Shown here: positions 17,864 through 27,455 of the stretch, piece after piece
Numbering within the stretch: position 1 is the first letter of the stretch
Layout of the letters: the number at the start of each line of letters is the position of its first letter
Virus record (IMG/VR): IMGVR_UViG_3300025396_000017
Location: 1 to 59,730 of that record
DNA length: 59,730 nucleotides
Origin: a virus
Lineage: Duplodnaviria; Caudoviricetes
Direction: 5' to 3' (one strand)
Made by a program: the position numbers and the translations under genes
Notes under the pieces: generated by a model
Databases searched by the model: none
Seen by the model: only the letters and a program-made list of their open reading frames with translations
What the model was told of the DNA's origin: nothing

Positions 17864-18418
17864 ATGAGTGAGTTTGAAGTAGATTGTATGAAAACATATG
17901 GTAGAGTATTGACTGGTAAGTATAAGCATTATTGTGCCGAATGGGATTATGTACCAATAGATGAAACCTTTCCAGAATTTAAAGTCTGCCATTGCTTTAA
18001 ATTTAATTCTAATGTAAAATCAGGTGCTGATATCAATACAGGTGATGGTGGTTATAGTGAAAGTACCAAAGAAAAGTATGATGAATTTGTGAAACTAAGA
18101 GAGGCTAGTATGGTTGATAAGACTGAACGTAAGAATGAAGACCGTAAGATTTTTATTGTAGAAACCGTTAGTATGTTTCGCATGAGATATGCCGTGTTTG
18201 CAACTTGTGAAGAAGATGCAATGGATGAATTCACAATTAGGACGGGTGATGTAGATTTCCATGAGATGTCACAACAACATATTGGTGAGAATATTATATC
18301 GGTTCGTAAAGTATCCGAGAAGAAATTCTTAAAACAGTATGACAATGACAATGGTCCTTGCACTTGGTCTGACGACCAGAAACTAAGTGTAATAAATGTG
18401 ATTGATTACGAGGAATAA
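17864..18418 (+). CDS. hypothetical protein
   Basis: ORF; VETVSMFRMRY motif. Confidence 0.7.
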   Translation: MSEFEVDCMKTYGRVLTGKYKHYCAEWDYVPIDETFPEFKVCHCFKFNSNVKSGADINTGDGGYSESTKEKYDEFVKLREASMVDKTERKNEDRKIFIVETVSMFRMRYAVFATCEEDAMDEFTIRTGDVDFHEMSQQHIGENIISVRKVSEKKFLKQYDNDNGPCTWSDDQKLSVINVIDYEE

Positions 18419-19233
18419 TGAAGAAAATTTTGATTACTGGTAGTGCTGGTTATATTGGTCAACACCTGGTACAGTTGCTTAAAGATAAGTATGATATAAC
18501 AGGTATCGACCATAGATGGGATGCTGAAGACTACCCATTGACCAAACGAATGGATATTTTCAATGTTGATAAGTATACATCATATGATGCTGTAGTTCAT
18601 CTGGCTGCCTTTGTGTCTGTTGGCGAGAGTATGGAAACTCCATCAGAATATTACCTGAACAATATTGAAGGCACCGCAAGGTTGCTTGACAATATTGGTT
18701 ATGATAATATTATCTTTGCTTCAACTGGTGCGGCTGCTGATCCGACCTCACCATATGCAAGGTCAAAGTTATGTGCTGAAGATATCGTTAGGCAATTTGC
18801 AACCGAGAATTACACGATATTCAGGTTCTATAATGTAATTGGCTCTGAGTATGGTATTGAACCTACTAATCCCGATGGTCTAATGATGGCACTTAGAAAT
18901 GCCGTTAAGACTGGTGAATTCAACCTATATGGTAATGATTATCTGGAGAGTTTAGACGGTACAGCAATGAGAGATTATATTCATGTGATGGATGTATGCC
19001 GTACCATTGAGAAGGCTATTGAGAATCCTACTAACAACATAGAGGAACTTGGTACTGGTCAACCAATATCGGTTCAAGCTATGATTGATATCTATAAAAG
19101 AATTAATAATGTGGATTTTAAGGTCGTTGTAAAACCGAGACGACCAGGAGATTTGGCATTATCCTGGTGCCAAAATGTCTCGCCTTTATTCACAAAATCT
19201 GTTACAATAGAAGAATTATTGAAGGAGATATAA
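18418..19233 (+). CDS. galE: NAD-dependent epimerase/dehydratase (UDP-glucose 4-epimerase-like)
   Basis: TGSAGYIG, HLAA..SVGES, YARSK, FRFYNV, RDYIHV, RRPGD. Confidence 0.88.
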   Translation: MKKILITGSAGYIGQHLVQLLKDKYDITGIDHRWDAEDYPLTKRMDIFNVDKYTSYDAVVHLAAFVSVGESMETPSEYYLNNIEGTARLLDNIGYDNIIFASTGAAADPTSPYARSKLCAEDIVRQFATENYTIFRFYNVIGSEYGIEPTNPDGLMMALRNAVKTGEFNLYGNDYLESLDGTAMRDYIHVMDVCRTIEKAIENPTNNIEELGTGQPISVQAMIDIYKRINNVDFKVVVKPRRPGDLALSWCQNVSPLFTKSVTIEELLKEI

Positions 19234-19376
19234 TGAGAGCAATATTGACAATATTGTGGGTGGCAGGTGTGGTGTTGGCTCAAGGTTTTTGGCCAACATT
19301 CTTTGCCTTTCTTGTACCATTCTATTCATGGTATATCGTTGTTGAACAGGTTATTATAAAGTACAATTTACTATGA
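19233..19376 (+). CDS. small membrane protein
   Basis: MRAILTILWVAGVVLAQGFW...; AAGGAG RBS. Confidence 0.6.
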   Translation: MRAILTILWVAGVVLAQGFWPTFFAFLVPFYSWYIVVEQVIIKYNLL

Positions 19377-20035
19377 AGATATACAAAAGCAATTATCGTG
19401 ACCATTGGGTTTCTCCCTATAGAATAGTTGAGAAGGTTTGTTTTTGGGAGAAAGACAATGACGTATTCTATGAAGACGGTGGTACATACGAAAAGATAAC
19501 CGACTTATTGGTGCCTGTTTCTAAAGCAATTCAATGGGTGCTAAACTTAATATATCCAAGAATCAACTATGTTAAGATTGACCGTTGGGATACTTATTCA
19601 ATGGATCATACATTGTCTGACATTATTCTACCAATGTTAAGACAAATGAAAGAATCAAAACACGGTGCACCATATGTTGATGATGCTGATGTGCCGTATG
19701 AATTGAAGTCTATCAATGACTCACCGTATGTTCAAGAATATTGTGTTGATGAAAAACTACATTTTGCTCGATGGGATTATATACTGGATCAAATGATATT
19801 TGCCTTTGAATGTAAGGTTGATGACTCATGGGAAGATTTGTTCCGTTCTGGTGTGCACGATATGAAAAGTGTACCATGTGAATGGGATGAAAACGGTAAG
19901 CCGACAATGTACACCTTTGAAAAAGGTCCTAATGATACCTATGTGTGTGACTATGAAAGCATGGCAGAGTACGAAAAGCGTATACAGAATGGTTTCAGAC
20001 TATTCGGTAAATATTATCAAAACTTATGGGATTAA
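19373..20035 (+). CDS. conserved T4-like hypothetical protein
   Basis: IDRWDTYSMDHTL...RWDYILDQMIFAF...GFRLFGKYYQNLWD. Confidence 0.8.
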   Translation: MKIYKSNYRDHWVSPYRIVEKVCFWEKDNDVFYEDGGTYEKITDLLVPVSKAIQWVLNLIYPRINYVKIDRWDTYSMDHTLSDIILPMLRQMKESKHGAPYVDDADVPYELKSINDSPYVQEYCVDEKLHFARWDYILDQMIFAFECKVDDSWEDLFRSGVHDMKSVPCEWDENGKPTMYTFEKGPNDTYVCDYESMAEYEKRIQNGFRLFGKYYQNLWD

Positions 20036-20038
20036 ATT

Positions 20039-20311
20039 ATGAAGGTAAAAATTTATAAGAGTGAATGGCATCAAATGGAAAGAAAATATGTTGTCGAAAT
20101 TGATGAAGATTTGGTCAATGAACTTTATCCCGATAACACCAAAAAGAAAAACAAAGAAATTCTAAAAGGTTTAAAAGATGGCACCACAGATATTGATGAG
20201 TTTATGGGTGATGCTTTTGGTGAGATAGATATAGATTGGGAACATGAATATGATGATTTGTGGACCGACCGTAAAGGTGGATATGAAATAACTTATGAGG
20301 TGGAACAATGA
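20039..20311 (+). CDS. acidic hypothetical protein
   Basis: SEWHQ...WTDRKGGYE. Confidence 0.7.
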   Translation: MKVKIYKSEWHQMERKYVVEIDEDLVNELYPDNTKKKNKEILKGLKDGTTDIDEFMGDAFGEIDIDWEHEYDDLWTDRKGGYEITYEVEQ

Positions 20312-20724
20312 ACAAGTATTATAATCCTGAAAGATATGAAAATAAACTCGGCTATAGGCAAGTGAGTCAAACAGCACGAGATGAAAGAAATTATGAAAAC
20401 TATGCAGGTGAGTATACTGCAACGGAAGAAATATTGAAACAGCGTGCATCTCAACAAGCACTGCCAGAACGTAATCATCAACTCACAACTGCACATATGC
20501 TTAATTTATTGAATGGTTCACTTGATAGGTTACATGAGGAAATTTCGGCTCTTGAAAATTCGATAACACCAGTTTTAAGGTCTCCAGATCCAATAACAGC
20601 GAAAGACTCTCCACAAGAGGGAAATCATGCAGCTGTCAATTTGTCTCTTATTTGTCTAAATGAGAGAATTGGTTATGAGATTGAACGAATTGAAGATTTG
20701 TATAAACGAGCAGAGGTTGTGTAA
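20308..20724 (+). CDS. hypothetical protein
   Basis: ATGA-coupled ORF. Confidence 0.65.
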   Translation: MNKYYNPERYENKLGYRQVSQTARDERNYENYAGEYTATEEILKQRASQQALPERNHQLTTAHMLNLLNGSLDRLHEEISALENSITPVLRSPDPITAKDSPQEGNHAAVNLSLICLNERIGYEIERIEDLYKRAEVV

Positions 20725-20987
20725 TGATGTCACTTATACACCTCATTTCAGCCAATCGTAGGTTGAAAGAGTTAGAGAAAACTGTTACCATGTTAAAGCA
20801 TGATAAGCATAAAGAAGATGATGTGCCTGTTATGGTGCTAGCACAGAGAGATTTTGTTAAATTAGAAGTAGAATACTATCAAGATGAGGTAAGAAATCTT
20901 TTAGCATATACTCTCTTTGCCATAGGATTTCTGTTTCTTATCGGTGTGGCTTCATACCCTTTTCTTATTAACTATGGAGTAATATAA
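20724..20987 (+). CDS. membrane-anchored hypothetical protein
   Basis: C-terminal TM helix. Confidence 0.65.
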   Translation: MMSLIHLISANRRLKELEKTVTMLKHDKHKEDDVPVMVLAQRDFVKLEVEYYQDEVRNLLAYTLFAIGFLFLIGVASYPFLINYGVI

Positions 20988-21232
20988 TGTGGGCTAAAAT
21001 CAAATTACACAAATGGCAAATCATTCAGTTTATAGTTGGTATTGGTCTTATGGTTGGTTGTTATGTTCTATCCGACAGACTAAATACTCATACGCCTGAA
21101 GCTCTTAAGGAGTTCAAGGACGGAGTTCAGAACCATTTGATATGGGACATTAAAGGACAATGTTTCTTTGTGCGTCCACATTCTGATGTGACTGTGTATT
21201 TGATCCGAGTTCCGGATTGTGATAGAAAATAA
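20987..21232 (+). CDS. membrane-anchored hypothetical protein
   Basis: N-terminal TM helix. Confidence 0.65.
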   Translation: MWAKIKLHKWQIIQFIVGIGLMVGCYVLSDRLNTHTPEALKEFKDGVQNHLIWDIKGQCFFVRPHSDVTVYLIRVPDCDRK

Positions 21233-21244
21233 TAGGAGAAAATT

Positions 21245-21598
21245 ATGGCTTTATTTGTAGAAGTTAACTCAGTAGAAAAAGGTTGCAAGGTCATTATTAA
21301 TATTGACCATATCATGGAAATTGCTCCGATGAAAGGTGGCGGTTGTACACTATTCACACTTGATGGTGCATCCACAGCAGGCAAAACATCAATGAGAGTT
21401 ACTGATTCTTATGAGATGTTCAAACAATTTGCTATGACTACCGTTTCTGGTGATATGATTAAAGACCGTATCTCTAAGATTAATGCTAGTGTACCGGATG
21501 AAATGAAGTCGCCTGTTGCTATAGAAAAATCAAAGTCAACTAAAAAAAGTGGAATGACCTCAACATCTGATATTGGTTTTGATATTCCTAAACTGTAA
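21245..21598 (+). CDS. hypothetical protein
   Basis: ORF with AGGAG RBS. Confidence 0.7.
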   Translation: MALFVEVNSVEKGCKVIINIDHIMEIAPMKGGGCTLFTLDGASTAGKTSMRVTDSYEMFKQFAMTTVSGDMIKDRISKINASVPDEMKSPVAIEKSKSTKKSGMTSTSDIGFDIPKL

Positions 21599-21777
21599 TG
21601 AAATTTACTCTAAGTTGTGAGTGTAAAGAAGATACCTTATTCAAACAAAAGGCTGCTAAAAACACCCTAGAGTTTGAGGCAGAAACACTTCCTGAGGTCC
21701 TAGAAGAAATCGAAAGGTTTCTCAGGGGGTGTGGATACCATTTTGATGGCGTGGTCGACATAACCAAAGATGAATAA
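21598..21777 (+). CDS. conserved T4-like small protein
   Basis: Manual translation MKFTLSCEC...EFEAETLPEVLEEIERFLRGCGYHFDG. Confidence 0.65.
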   Translation: MKFTLSCECKEDTLFKQKAAKNTLEFEAETLPEVLEEIERFLRGCGYHFDGVVDITKDE

Positions 21778-21780
21778 ATA
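21774..21780 (+). promoter_or_regulatory. T4-type late promoter
   Basis: ATAAATA about 30 nt before hss; same motif at 23809, 26581, 30148, 37866, 43123, 50270, 57153. Confidence 0.65.
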
Positions 21781-21809
21781 TAAGGTAATTTCATCAATTA
21801 GAGGTAAAA

Positions 21810-23261
21810 ATGACCAAAAGTTTCGTATCTTTCCGTAGTTTCCTGACTGAAGAACACAATGAAAAACACGTAGAATGGCCACAAGGTAAGAGAATTCTTA
21901 TCATTGGCTATGGTTCCGTTGGTCAGGCGATACTTCCAATGATTATGAAGCACCTAACTTCTGACGGTTCTCTAATTACCGTGTTGGAAAAGGGTGAGAA
22001 TGAGAAAATCTTTAAGAAAAGAAACGTTGGCAATGGTGTTACATACGTTAAACATGAGGTTGTCCGTAAAAATCTTAAAGCAACACTAGAACAACACGTT
22101 GGCCATGGTGGTTATATCGTTGATTGTTCATTGAATATTGGTGCCTATGAGATTATGGAATGGGCATTAAAGAATGATTGTAACTATATCAACACATCAC
22201 TAGAACGCTGGGCAGACCAACAAGACGAAACTATACCAGACAAGTCTGAGCGTACACTATTCCATACTCATAGTGTAATGAGAAAACTCAGAGAGAAGTA
22301 TCCAAATGGTCCAACTATTACAGTTACACACGGTGCTAATCCAGGTCTAGTAACACACCTAACCAAGCGTGCTCTATTAGAGATTCGTAGACACAAAGAC
22401 AACACAGCACATGAAATTCCTGAGACTAGGGAAGAATGGGCACAGTTGATGAAGTCTCTTGGTATTAAAGTTATCCATGTGGCTGAACGTGATACTCAAC
22501 TAATCAATGTACCAAAGAAACCAAATGAGTTTGTAAACACTTGGTCACCAGAAGGTTTTTGGGCAGAAGGTCGTGCACCTGCTGAAATGGGTTGGGGTAC
22601 ACATGAGAAGAAGCATCCAGTTAATGGTCGTTCACAAGGCAATGCAGCCTATTTGAATGAACCTGGTCTATCTGTACTGATGAAGTCATGGGTACCAAGT
22701 GGACCATACAATGGTTTCTGTGTACAACACTCAGAGGCTGTTACAATCTCCGATTACTTTACAACTAAAGATGGTAAGTTTAGACCATCTGTTTATTATG
22801 TGTATCAACCATCTGATGCAGCCGTTGCTTCTGTACATGAATTACGTGGCCGTGAATTAGATATGCAGACCACTCAGCGTGTGGTTAAAGATGAGATTAT
22901 TACCGGTGTGGATGAATTAGGTGTACTATTACTAGGTGAGAAGTTTGGTATGTGGCATGGTTCTCAACTTGGTATTGATGAAGCACGTAGATTAATCCCA
23001 GGAGAATCCGCAACATCTATCCAGGTTGTGGCATCCATGTTAGGTGCTATGGTGTGGGCTCTAGAAAATCCTAACCGTGGTTATGTAGAACCTGAGGAGA
23101 TTGACTTCAAAGAAGTATTGAAGTATGCCGATCCATACCTAGGACCAATTCCATACGTTTGGACAGAGTGGAAACCTAACCAAGACAAGAATTCACTATT
23201 CTACCGTGAGTTTGATGCCTCAAATCCTCTATCATTTGAGAATTTCAGAGTCTGGACTTGA
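21810..23261 (+). CDS. hss: homospermidine synthase
   Basis: IIGYGSVG, HGANPGLVTH, NTWSPEGF, HSEAVTI, ATSIQV, WALENPNRG. Confidence 0.92.
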   Translation: MTKSFVSFRSFLTEEHNEKHVEWPQGKRILIIGYGSVGQAILPMIMKHLTSDGSLITVLEKGENEKIFKKRNVGNGVTYVKHEVVRKNLKATLEQHVGHGGYIVDCSLNIGAYEIMEWALKNDCNYINTSLERWADQQDETIPDKSERTLFHTHSVMRKLREKYPNGPTITVTHGANPGLVTHLTKRALLEIRRHKDNTAHEIPETREEWAQLMKSLGIKVIHVAERDTQLINVPKKPNEFVNTWSPEGFWAEGRAPAEMGWGTHEKKHPVNGRSQGNAAYLNEPGLSVLMKSWVPSGPYNGFCVQHSEAVTISDYFTTKDGKFRPSVYYVYQPSDAAVASVHELRGRELDMQTTQRVVKDEIITGVDELGVLLLGEKFGMWHGSQLGIDEARRLIPGESATSIQVVASMLGAMVWALENPNRGYVEPEEIDFKEVLKYADPYLGPIPYVWTEWKPNQDKNSLFYREFDASNPLSFENFRVWT

Positions 23262-23292
23262 CATAAATTTTATATTATGATACAATACCGTT

Positions 23293-23865
23293 ATGAATAT
23301 CTTTTACCTACACAATAATGTACAGACTTGTGCTGAAATGCACAATGATAAACATTGTATTAAAATGATCCTTGAATATGCTCAACTATTGTCTACTGCT
23401 CATAGATTTCTTGATGGTACTCAGTCTACTGGCGTCAGCGACTCTGGTAGAAAAAAAGTCAGATATGTACTTCCTGACAACCGTGAATCTATTTTGTATT
23501 CTGCTACTCACATCAATCATCCTTCAGCCATCTGGTGTAGACAATCTAATTCGAATTATATGTGGTTACATAACCTATTGGAATCATTGTGCCTGGAATA
23601 TACCTTTCGGTACGGCAGAGTGCATAAGGTCGATTCTAGTGGGTTAATGCAAGTATTGAAACGAGTGCCTACCAATATACCACAAGGTCCTTTTACAGAA
23701 CCAACACCAGCCATGCCCGATGATGTTAAAGTAAAAGGCAATTCTATTGCATCATATCGTAACTATTACCGTGATTACAAGCAACATCTATTGTCCTGGA
23801 AAGGCAAGATAAATAGTAGACCCACCCCACAATGGATATTCGACCCGGAGTTAAATAATGCCTAA
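23293..23865 (+). CDS. pyrimidine-dimer DNA glycosylase / endonuclease V-like protein
   Basis: MNIFYL, DKHCIKMILEYAQLLSTAH, THINHPSAIW, EYTFRYG, AMPD, YRNYY. Confidence 0.78.
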   Translation: MNIFYLHNNVQTCAEMHNDKHCIKMILEYAQLLSTAHRFLDGTQSTGVSDSGRKKVRYVLPDNRESILYSATHINHPSAIWCRQSNSNYMWLHNLLESLCLEYTFRYGRVHKVDSSGLMQVLKRVPTNIPQGPFTEPTPAMPDDVKVKGNSIASYRNYYRDYKQHLLSWKGKINSRPTPQWIFDPELNNA

Positions 23866-24136
23866 TTATGTCTTTTTAAATAAAGAAACTAATGAACTTG
23901 AAGAACACATTATGTCATATAAAGTGTTGGACGAATTCAAAGAACAAAATCCCCATTTAGAACGACACTTCTCTGCCGAGAATCTACCAATCTTTGGTGA
24001 CGGCGGTCGTATGTCCGTTCCTGGAATCGGACAACCACATCTAGCATTCGAACGTGGTGTTATTCAACGTATGAAAGAAACCATACCAGGTAACACCATG
24101 TCCGGTCACAAGACTAAATTACCGAGAGAGTGGTAA
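23858..24136 (+). CDS. conserved T4-like hypothetical protein preceding phoH
   Basis: MPNYVF...NPHLE pattern; synteny. Confidence 0.7.
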   Translation: MPNYVFLNKETNELEEHIMSYKVLDEFKEQNPHLERHFSAENLPIFGDGGRMSVPGIGQPHLAFERGVIQRMKETIPGNTMSGHKTKLPREW

Positions 24137-24250
24137 TGAAAGTACAGCAAATACCTGCATTATTCCAACCAAAAAGAGGTGCCGATGAGAAACACCCTAT
24201 AACGAAAACTCCTGAACAGAAGAAGAAATCTAAACAATCAAGGAGTTTGA

Positions 24251-25006
24251 ATGGCAACGAAAAAAAGAATAACACCCCAAGAATCCTCATCGCTTGAAGT
24301 TGTAAGAGAACCAAAACCAACTCAAGCATTAAAAGTTAGGATAGATGACTTAAAAACATTTCAACCACTTACTGACAATCAAAAGAAATTCTTTGAAGCG
24401 TATAAAAGGGGAGATTATTTCGTAGCACTACATGGTGTAGCGGGTACAGGCAAAACATTTTGTGCTATGTATAAAGCACTAGAAGAAGTATTGGATAAGA
24501 GTAATCCATTCAATAAGATTATTATTGTAAGGTCAGCAGTACAATCAAGAGAGATTGGCCACTTACCTGGTGATGTGACTGAGAAGATGGAAATCTATCA
24601 ACAACCGTATGTACAGATTTGTGATACATTGTTTGGTAGAAAGGATGCTTATAAGAGACTGGAAGAACAAGGATACATAACTTTTATATCAACATCATTC
24701 ATTCGTGGTATGTCATTTGATGATGCAATTATTATTGTTGATGAGATGCAAAACTTAACGTTTGAAGAAATTGATACAGTTATGACCCGTGTTGGTCACC
24801 GTTCAAAGATTGTTTGGTGTGGTGATTACCGTCAAACAGATTTGAATAAGAAGAAGAATGATATGAGTGGTATCTTAAAGTTTTTTGATATTGCTCATCA
24901 TATGGAATCATTTACAAGAATTGAATTTACTGTAGATGATATTGTGAGAAGTAGTTTAGTTAGAGATTATATTTTGGCCAAACTTAGATTTGAAGATAAC
25001 ACATAA
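24251..25006 (+). CDS. phoH: PhoH-like ATPase
   Basis: GVAGTGKT, IGHLPG, FIRGMSF, IIVDEMQN, TRVG, GDYRQTD. Confidence 0.95.
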   Translation: MATKKRITPQESSSLEVVREPKPTQALKVRIDDLKTFQPLTDNQKKFFEAYKRGDYFVALHGVAGTGKTFCAMYKALEEVLDKSNPFNKIIIVRSAVQSREIGHLPGDVTEKMEIYQQPYVQICDTLFGRKDAYKRLEEQGYITFISTSFIRGMSFDDAIIIVDEMQNLTFEEIDTVMTRVGHRSKIVWCGDYRQTDLNKKKNDMSGILKFFDIAHHMESFTRIEFTVDDIVRSSLVRDYILAKLRFEDNT

Positions 25007-25665
25007 TGACTTTTACATTTTGCCCACCAGTAGACCTGGTTGATTTGAAATCGGTTACACTACCAACTGGTGGGCGGTTCTACACATTACCTGATGGTAC
25101 TAAGTTGCCTTCCGTCACAACCGTTATGGGTGCTCAGAAGAAAGATTCCATAATGAAGTGGCGTAAGCGTGTTGGTGATGCTGAAGCAAATAGAATATCA
25201 GCAAAGGCCACCAGTCGTGGAAACAATGTACATACATTATGTGAACGTTATCTAAAGAACATAGAACTTGGTGATATCATGCCAGATGCCAAGGAAATGT
25301 TTTTTGGTTTAAAACCTACGTTAAATAGAATCAATAATATACATTACTTGGAGACTGCTCTGTGGTCTAAACAACTTGGTATGGCAGGTCGAGTAGACTG
25401 TATTGCTGAGTTTGATAGAAAATTATCAGTTATTGATTTTAAAACATCCAAAAAAATTAAAACAGAAGACGATATACAGGATTATTTCTGGCAGACAAGT
25501 GCATATTCGTTGATGTATGAAGAATTGGTGGGTAAACCTATTAATGATATCGTAATTATTATGGCGGTAGAAGATGTTGGTTGCCATGTGTTCCAACAAA
25601 AAGTAGAAGACCACATTGAAGGTCTAGTTAAAGCAATTAAATTTTATAAAGATTCTATCAAATGA
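25006..25665 (+). CDS. PD-(D/E)XK exonuclease
   Basis: PSVTT, RG..VH, AGRVDCIA, IDFKTS, Q..AY. Confidence 0.9.
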   Translation: MTFTFCPPVDLVDLKSVTLPTGGRFYTLPDGTKLPSVTTVMGAQKKDSIMKWRKRVGDAEANRISAKATSRGNNVHTLCERYLKNIELGDIMPDAKEMFFGLKPTLNRINNIHYLETALWSKQLGMAGRVDCIAEFDRKLSVIDFKTSKKIKTEDDIQDYFWQTSAYSLMYEELVGKPINDIVIIMAVEDVGCHVFQQKVEDHIEGLVKAIKFYKDSIK

Positions 25666-26246
25666 CATTAGACCAAATACAAATGTGGACTGATATTCGT
25701 ATCGGTGAGTTAAGAACAAAATACAATATAAACAATTTTGTAGAGACTGGAGTGTACGAAGGTGCCTCTGTACAAATTGCTTATGAATCTGGTTTCAGTA
25801 CTGTGTATTCATGTGATATTAATGAAGGCCATGTAAACAATGCTAGAAGTAAATTTCCTCATGCCACTATTACATTGGCTGATAGTATTACATTCTTTAA
25901 AGATTTGTTACCTTCATTAACCGGTAATACATTGTTCTGGTTAGATGCTCACTTCCCTGAATTCTATAGTATACCATACGAAGACAAGGCATGGAAGATG
26001 CCATTGTTTACAGAATTACAATTGATTAAAGAAACTAAGATTGGTTATCAACATGATGTTATTATGTGTGATGACATGAGAGTAATGAGACACCCAAACA
26101 ATCCAAAATACGTTCCTGGTGAACTTCAAGAGTATTTGTATATTGATATGGATTGGGATGCTTTTGTGAACCAATTCTCAGATACACATGATTATCAATT
26201 ATTAATGCCAGACTCTGGTGCCATTATTTGGACACCAAAGGCTTGA
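25662..26246 (+). CDS. SAM-dependent methyltransferase-like protein
   Basis: FVETGVYEG motif I, FWLDAH, IMCDD. Confidence 0.7.
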   Translation: MTLDQIQMWTDIRIGELRTKYNINNFVETGVYEGASVQIAYESGFSTVYSCDINEGHVNNARSKFPHATITLADSITFFKDLLPSLTGNTLFWLDAHFPEFYSIPYEDKAWKMPLFTELQLIKETKIGYQHDVIMCDDMRVMRHPNNPKYVPGELQEYLYIDMDWDAFVNQFSDTHDYQLLMPDSGAIIWTPKA

Positions 26247-26259
26247 CATTAAAATAAAT

Positions 26260-26553
26260 ATGTTGTATAATTACATCAATGAGTCGATAGACTTTGTTAA
26301 GAAGGATTTTTTATCGAATCCTTTAAGATGGTTTATTGAAACCTCGGTTTGGTTAGGTATACTGTTTAATACTATATTAATAGCAATTACAGTTCCTAAT
26401 ACACCGTGGCATATATTATATCCAATTTGGATTGTTTGTTGTTACGCTACCGTATGGACAAGTTATACAAGAAGCAGTTCGATTGGGGTAATTGGTAGTT
26501 TAATCTTCGCTGTCTTAGATAGTTATGGTTACTACCGTATTATGGTTGTATGA
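26260..26553 (+). CDS. small multi-TM membrane protein (start uncertain)
   Basis: Three hydrophobic helices. Confidence 0.6.
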   Translation: MLYNYINESIDFVKKDFLSNPLRWFIETSVWLGILFNTILIAITVPNTPWHILYPIWIVCCYATVWTSYTRSSSIGVIGSLIFAVLDSYGYYRIMVV

Positions 26554-26561
26554 ACTGAACG

Positions 26562-26597
26562 CCTCAAGTCCACATTTTTTATAAATATGTGTGGAGG
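26562..26597 (+). promoter_or_regulatory. late promoter within an RBS-sequestering hairpin
   Basis: TCCACAT 26569-26575 pairs with GTGTGGA 26589-26595 overlapping GGAGG; TATAAATA 26580-26587 in the loop. Confidence 0.75.
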
Positions 26598-26603
26598 TAT
26601 AAA

Positions 26604-27155
26604 ATGAGTAAATTATCAACAATTAATTGTGATGGATGTGGTAAAGAGTTTCAAAAAGAAACGAGATATATTAAGGCTGGCCAAAAAAAGAGAAACGGTA
26701 AAAATTACTGTTCATCAAAATGTTTTGGTAAATTTTCAGCAGCCAGTAATTTATCAAGTGAGTGGAATAATAGTGAACAAAACAAACAACACCTGAAACA
26801 ATATTCAAGTAATCGTAAAGATAAGTATTCTCCTTTTAGGACATTATTGAAAAGTTGTAAAACCAGAACTAATAAATCTGGTCAAGCAAAAGGTGAATTT
26901 GATTTGGATTTATTATATCTTAAAGAATTATGGGAAAAACAAAATGGCAAATGTGCCATCACAAAAGTTGACCTAAAGTTAGAAAGTAGTTATAATAAGA
27001 ACTATCAAGCATCACTAGATAGAATTGATAGTTCTAAAGGTTATGTGAAAGATAATGTGAGATACATTAGTGTATCTGCTAATTGGCTGAAGAATAATTT
27101 GGATGATAACCATGTTATGGAGTTCATTCAAATTTGTAGAATGGTAGTAAACTGA
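26604..27155 (+). mobile_element. free-standing HNH-type homing endonuclease
   Basis: N-terminal CDGCGKEF...YCSSKC Zn finger; QNGKCAIT, SLDRIDSSKGYVKDNV nuclease motif; T4-style translational control hairpin. Confidence 0.8.
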
Positions 27156-27432
27156 TTTTTTGAAAAGATGGCGACACGCCGGGGCAGTACCGGCCATCTC
27201 CACCATAAACATATTGGTCCCACACCATGGAATTAGACCAGAAATGTTGTCAATATGTTTATGATGGGGATGTAATAGTTTCGACCGACATACAAGTAAA
27301 TTAATTAGCTACCCGTCAGGAGTAGACGTAAAAAGCAAAATTTAATAACTGCAAACGATGAGTTATTCGCATTGGCAGCCTAATCGCTGACTAGGGTTTC
27401 GGTTGGTTTCCTCGTAACAGAATAACCAACTA
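27141..27432 (+). ncRNA. ssrA: circularly permuted two-piece tmRNA
   Basis: T-arm GCCGG-GGCAGTA-CCGGC then CATCTCC-ACCA ending 27205; intervening hairpin; GGGGATG at 27266 forms the acceptor stem with G3:U70; tag ANDELFALAA* at 27351-27383; outer ends approximate. Confidence 0.93.
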
Positions 27433-27455
27433 TTTTATTAATAAAAGGAGTTTTT

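Noticed and set aside
26542-27205. Group I intron carrying the endonuclease inside the tmRNA
   Set aside because: No room or recognisable P/Q/R/S core around the ORF; a free-standing insertion fits better
27171-27205. Stand-alone tRNA gene
   Set aside because: No anticodon arm; it is the tmRNA acceptor piece
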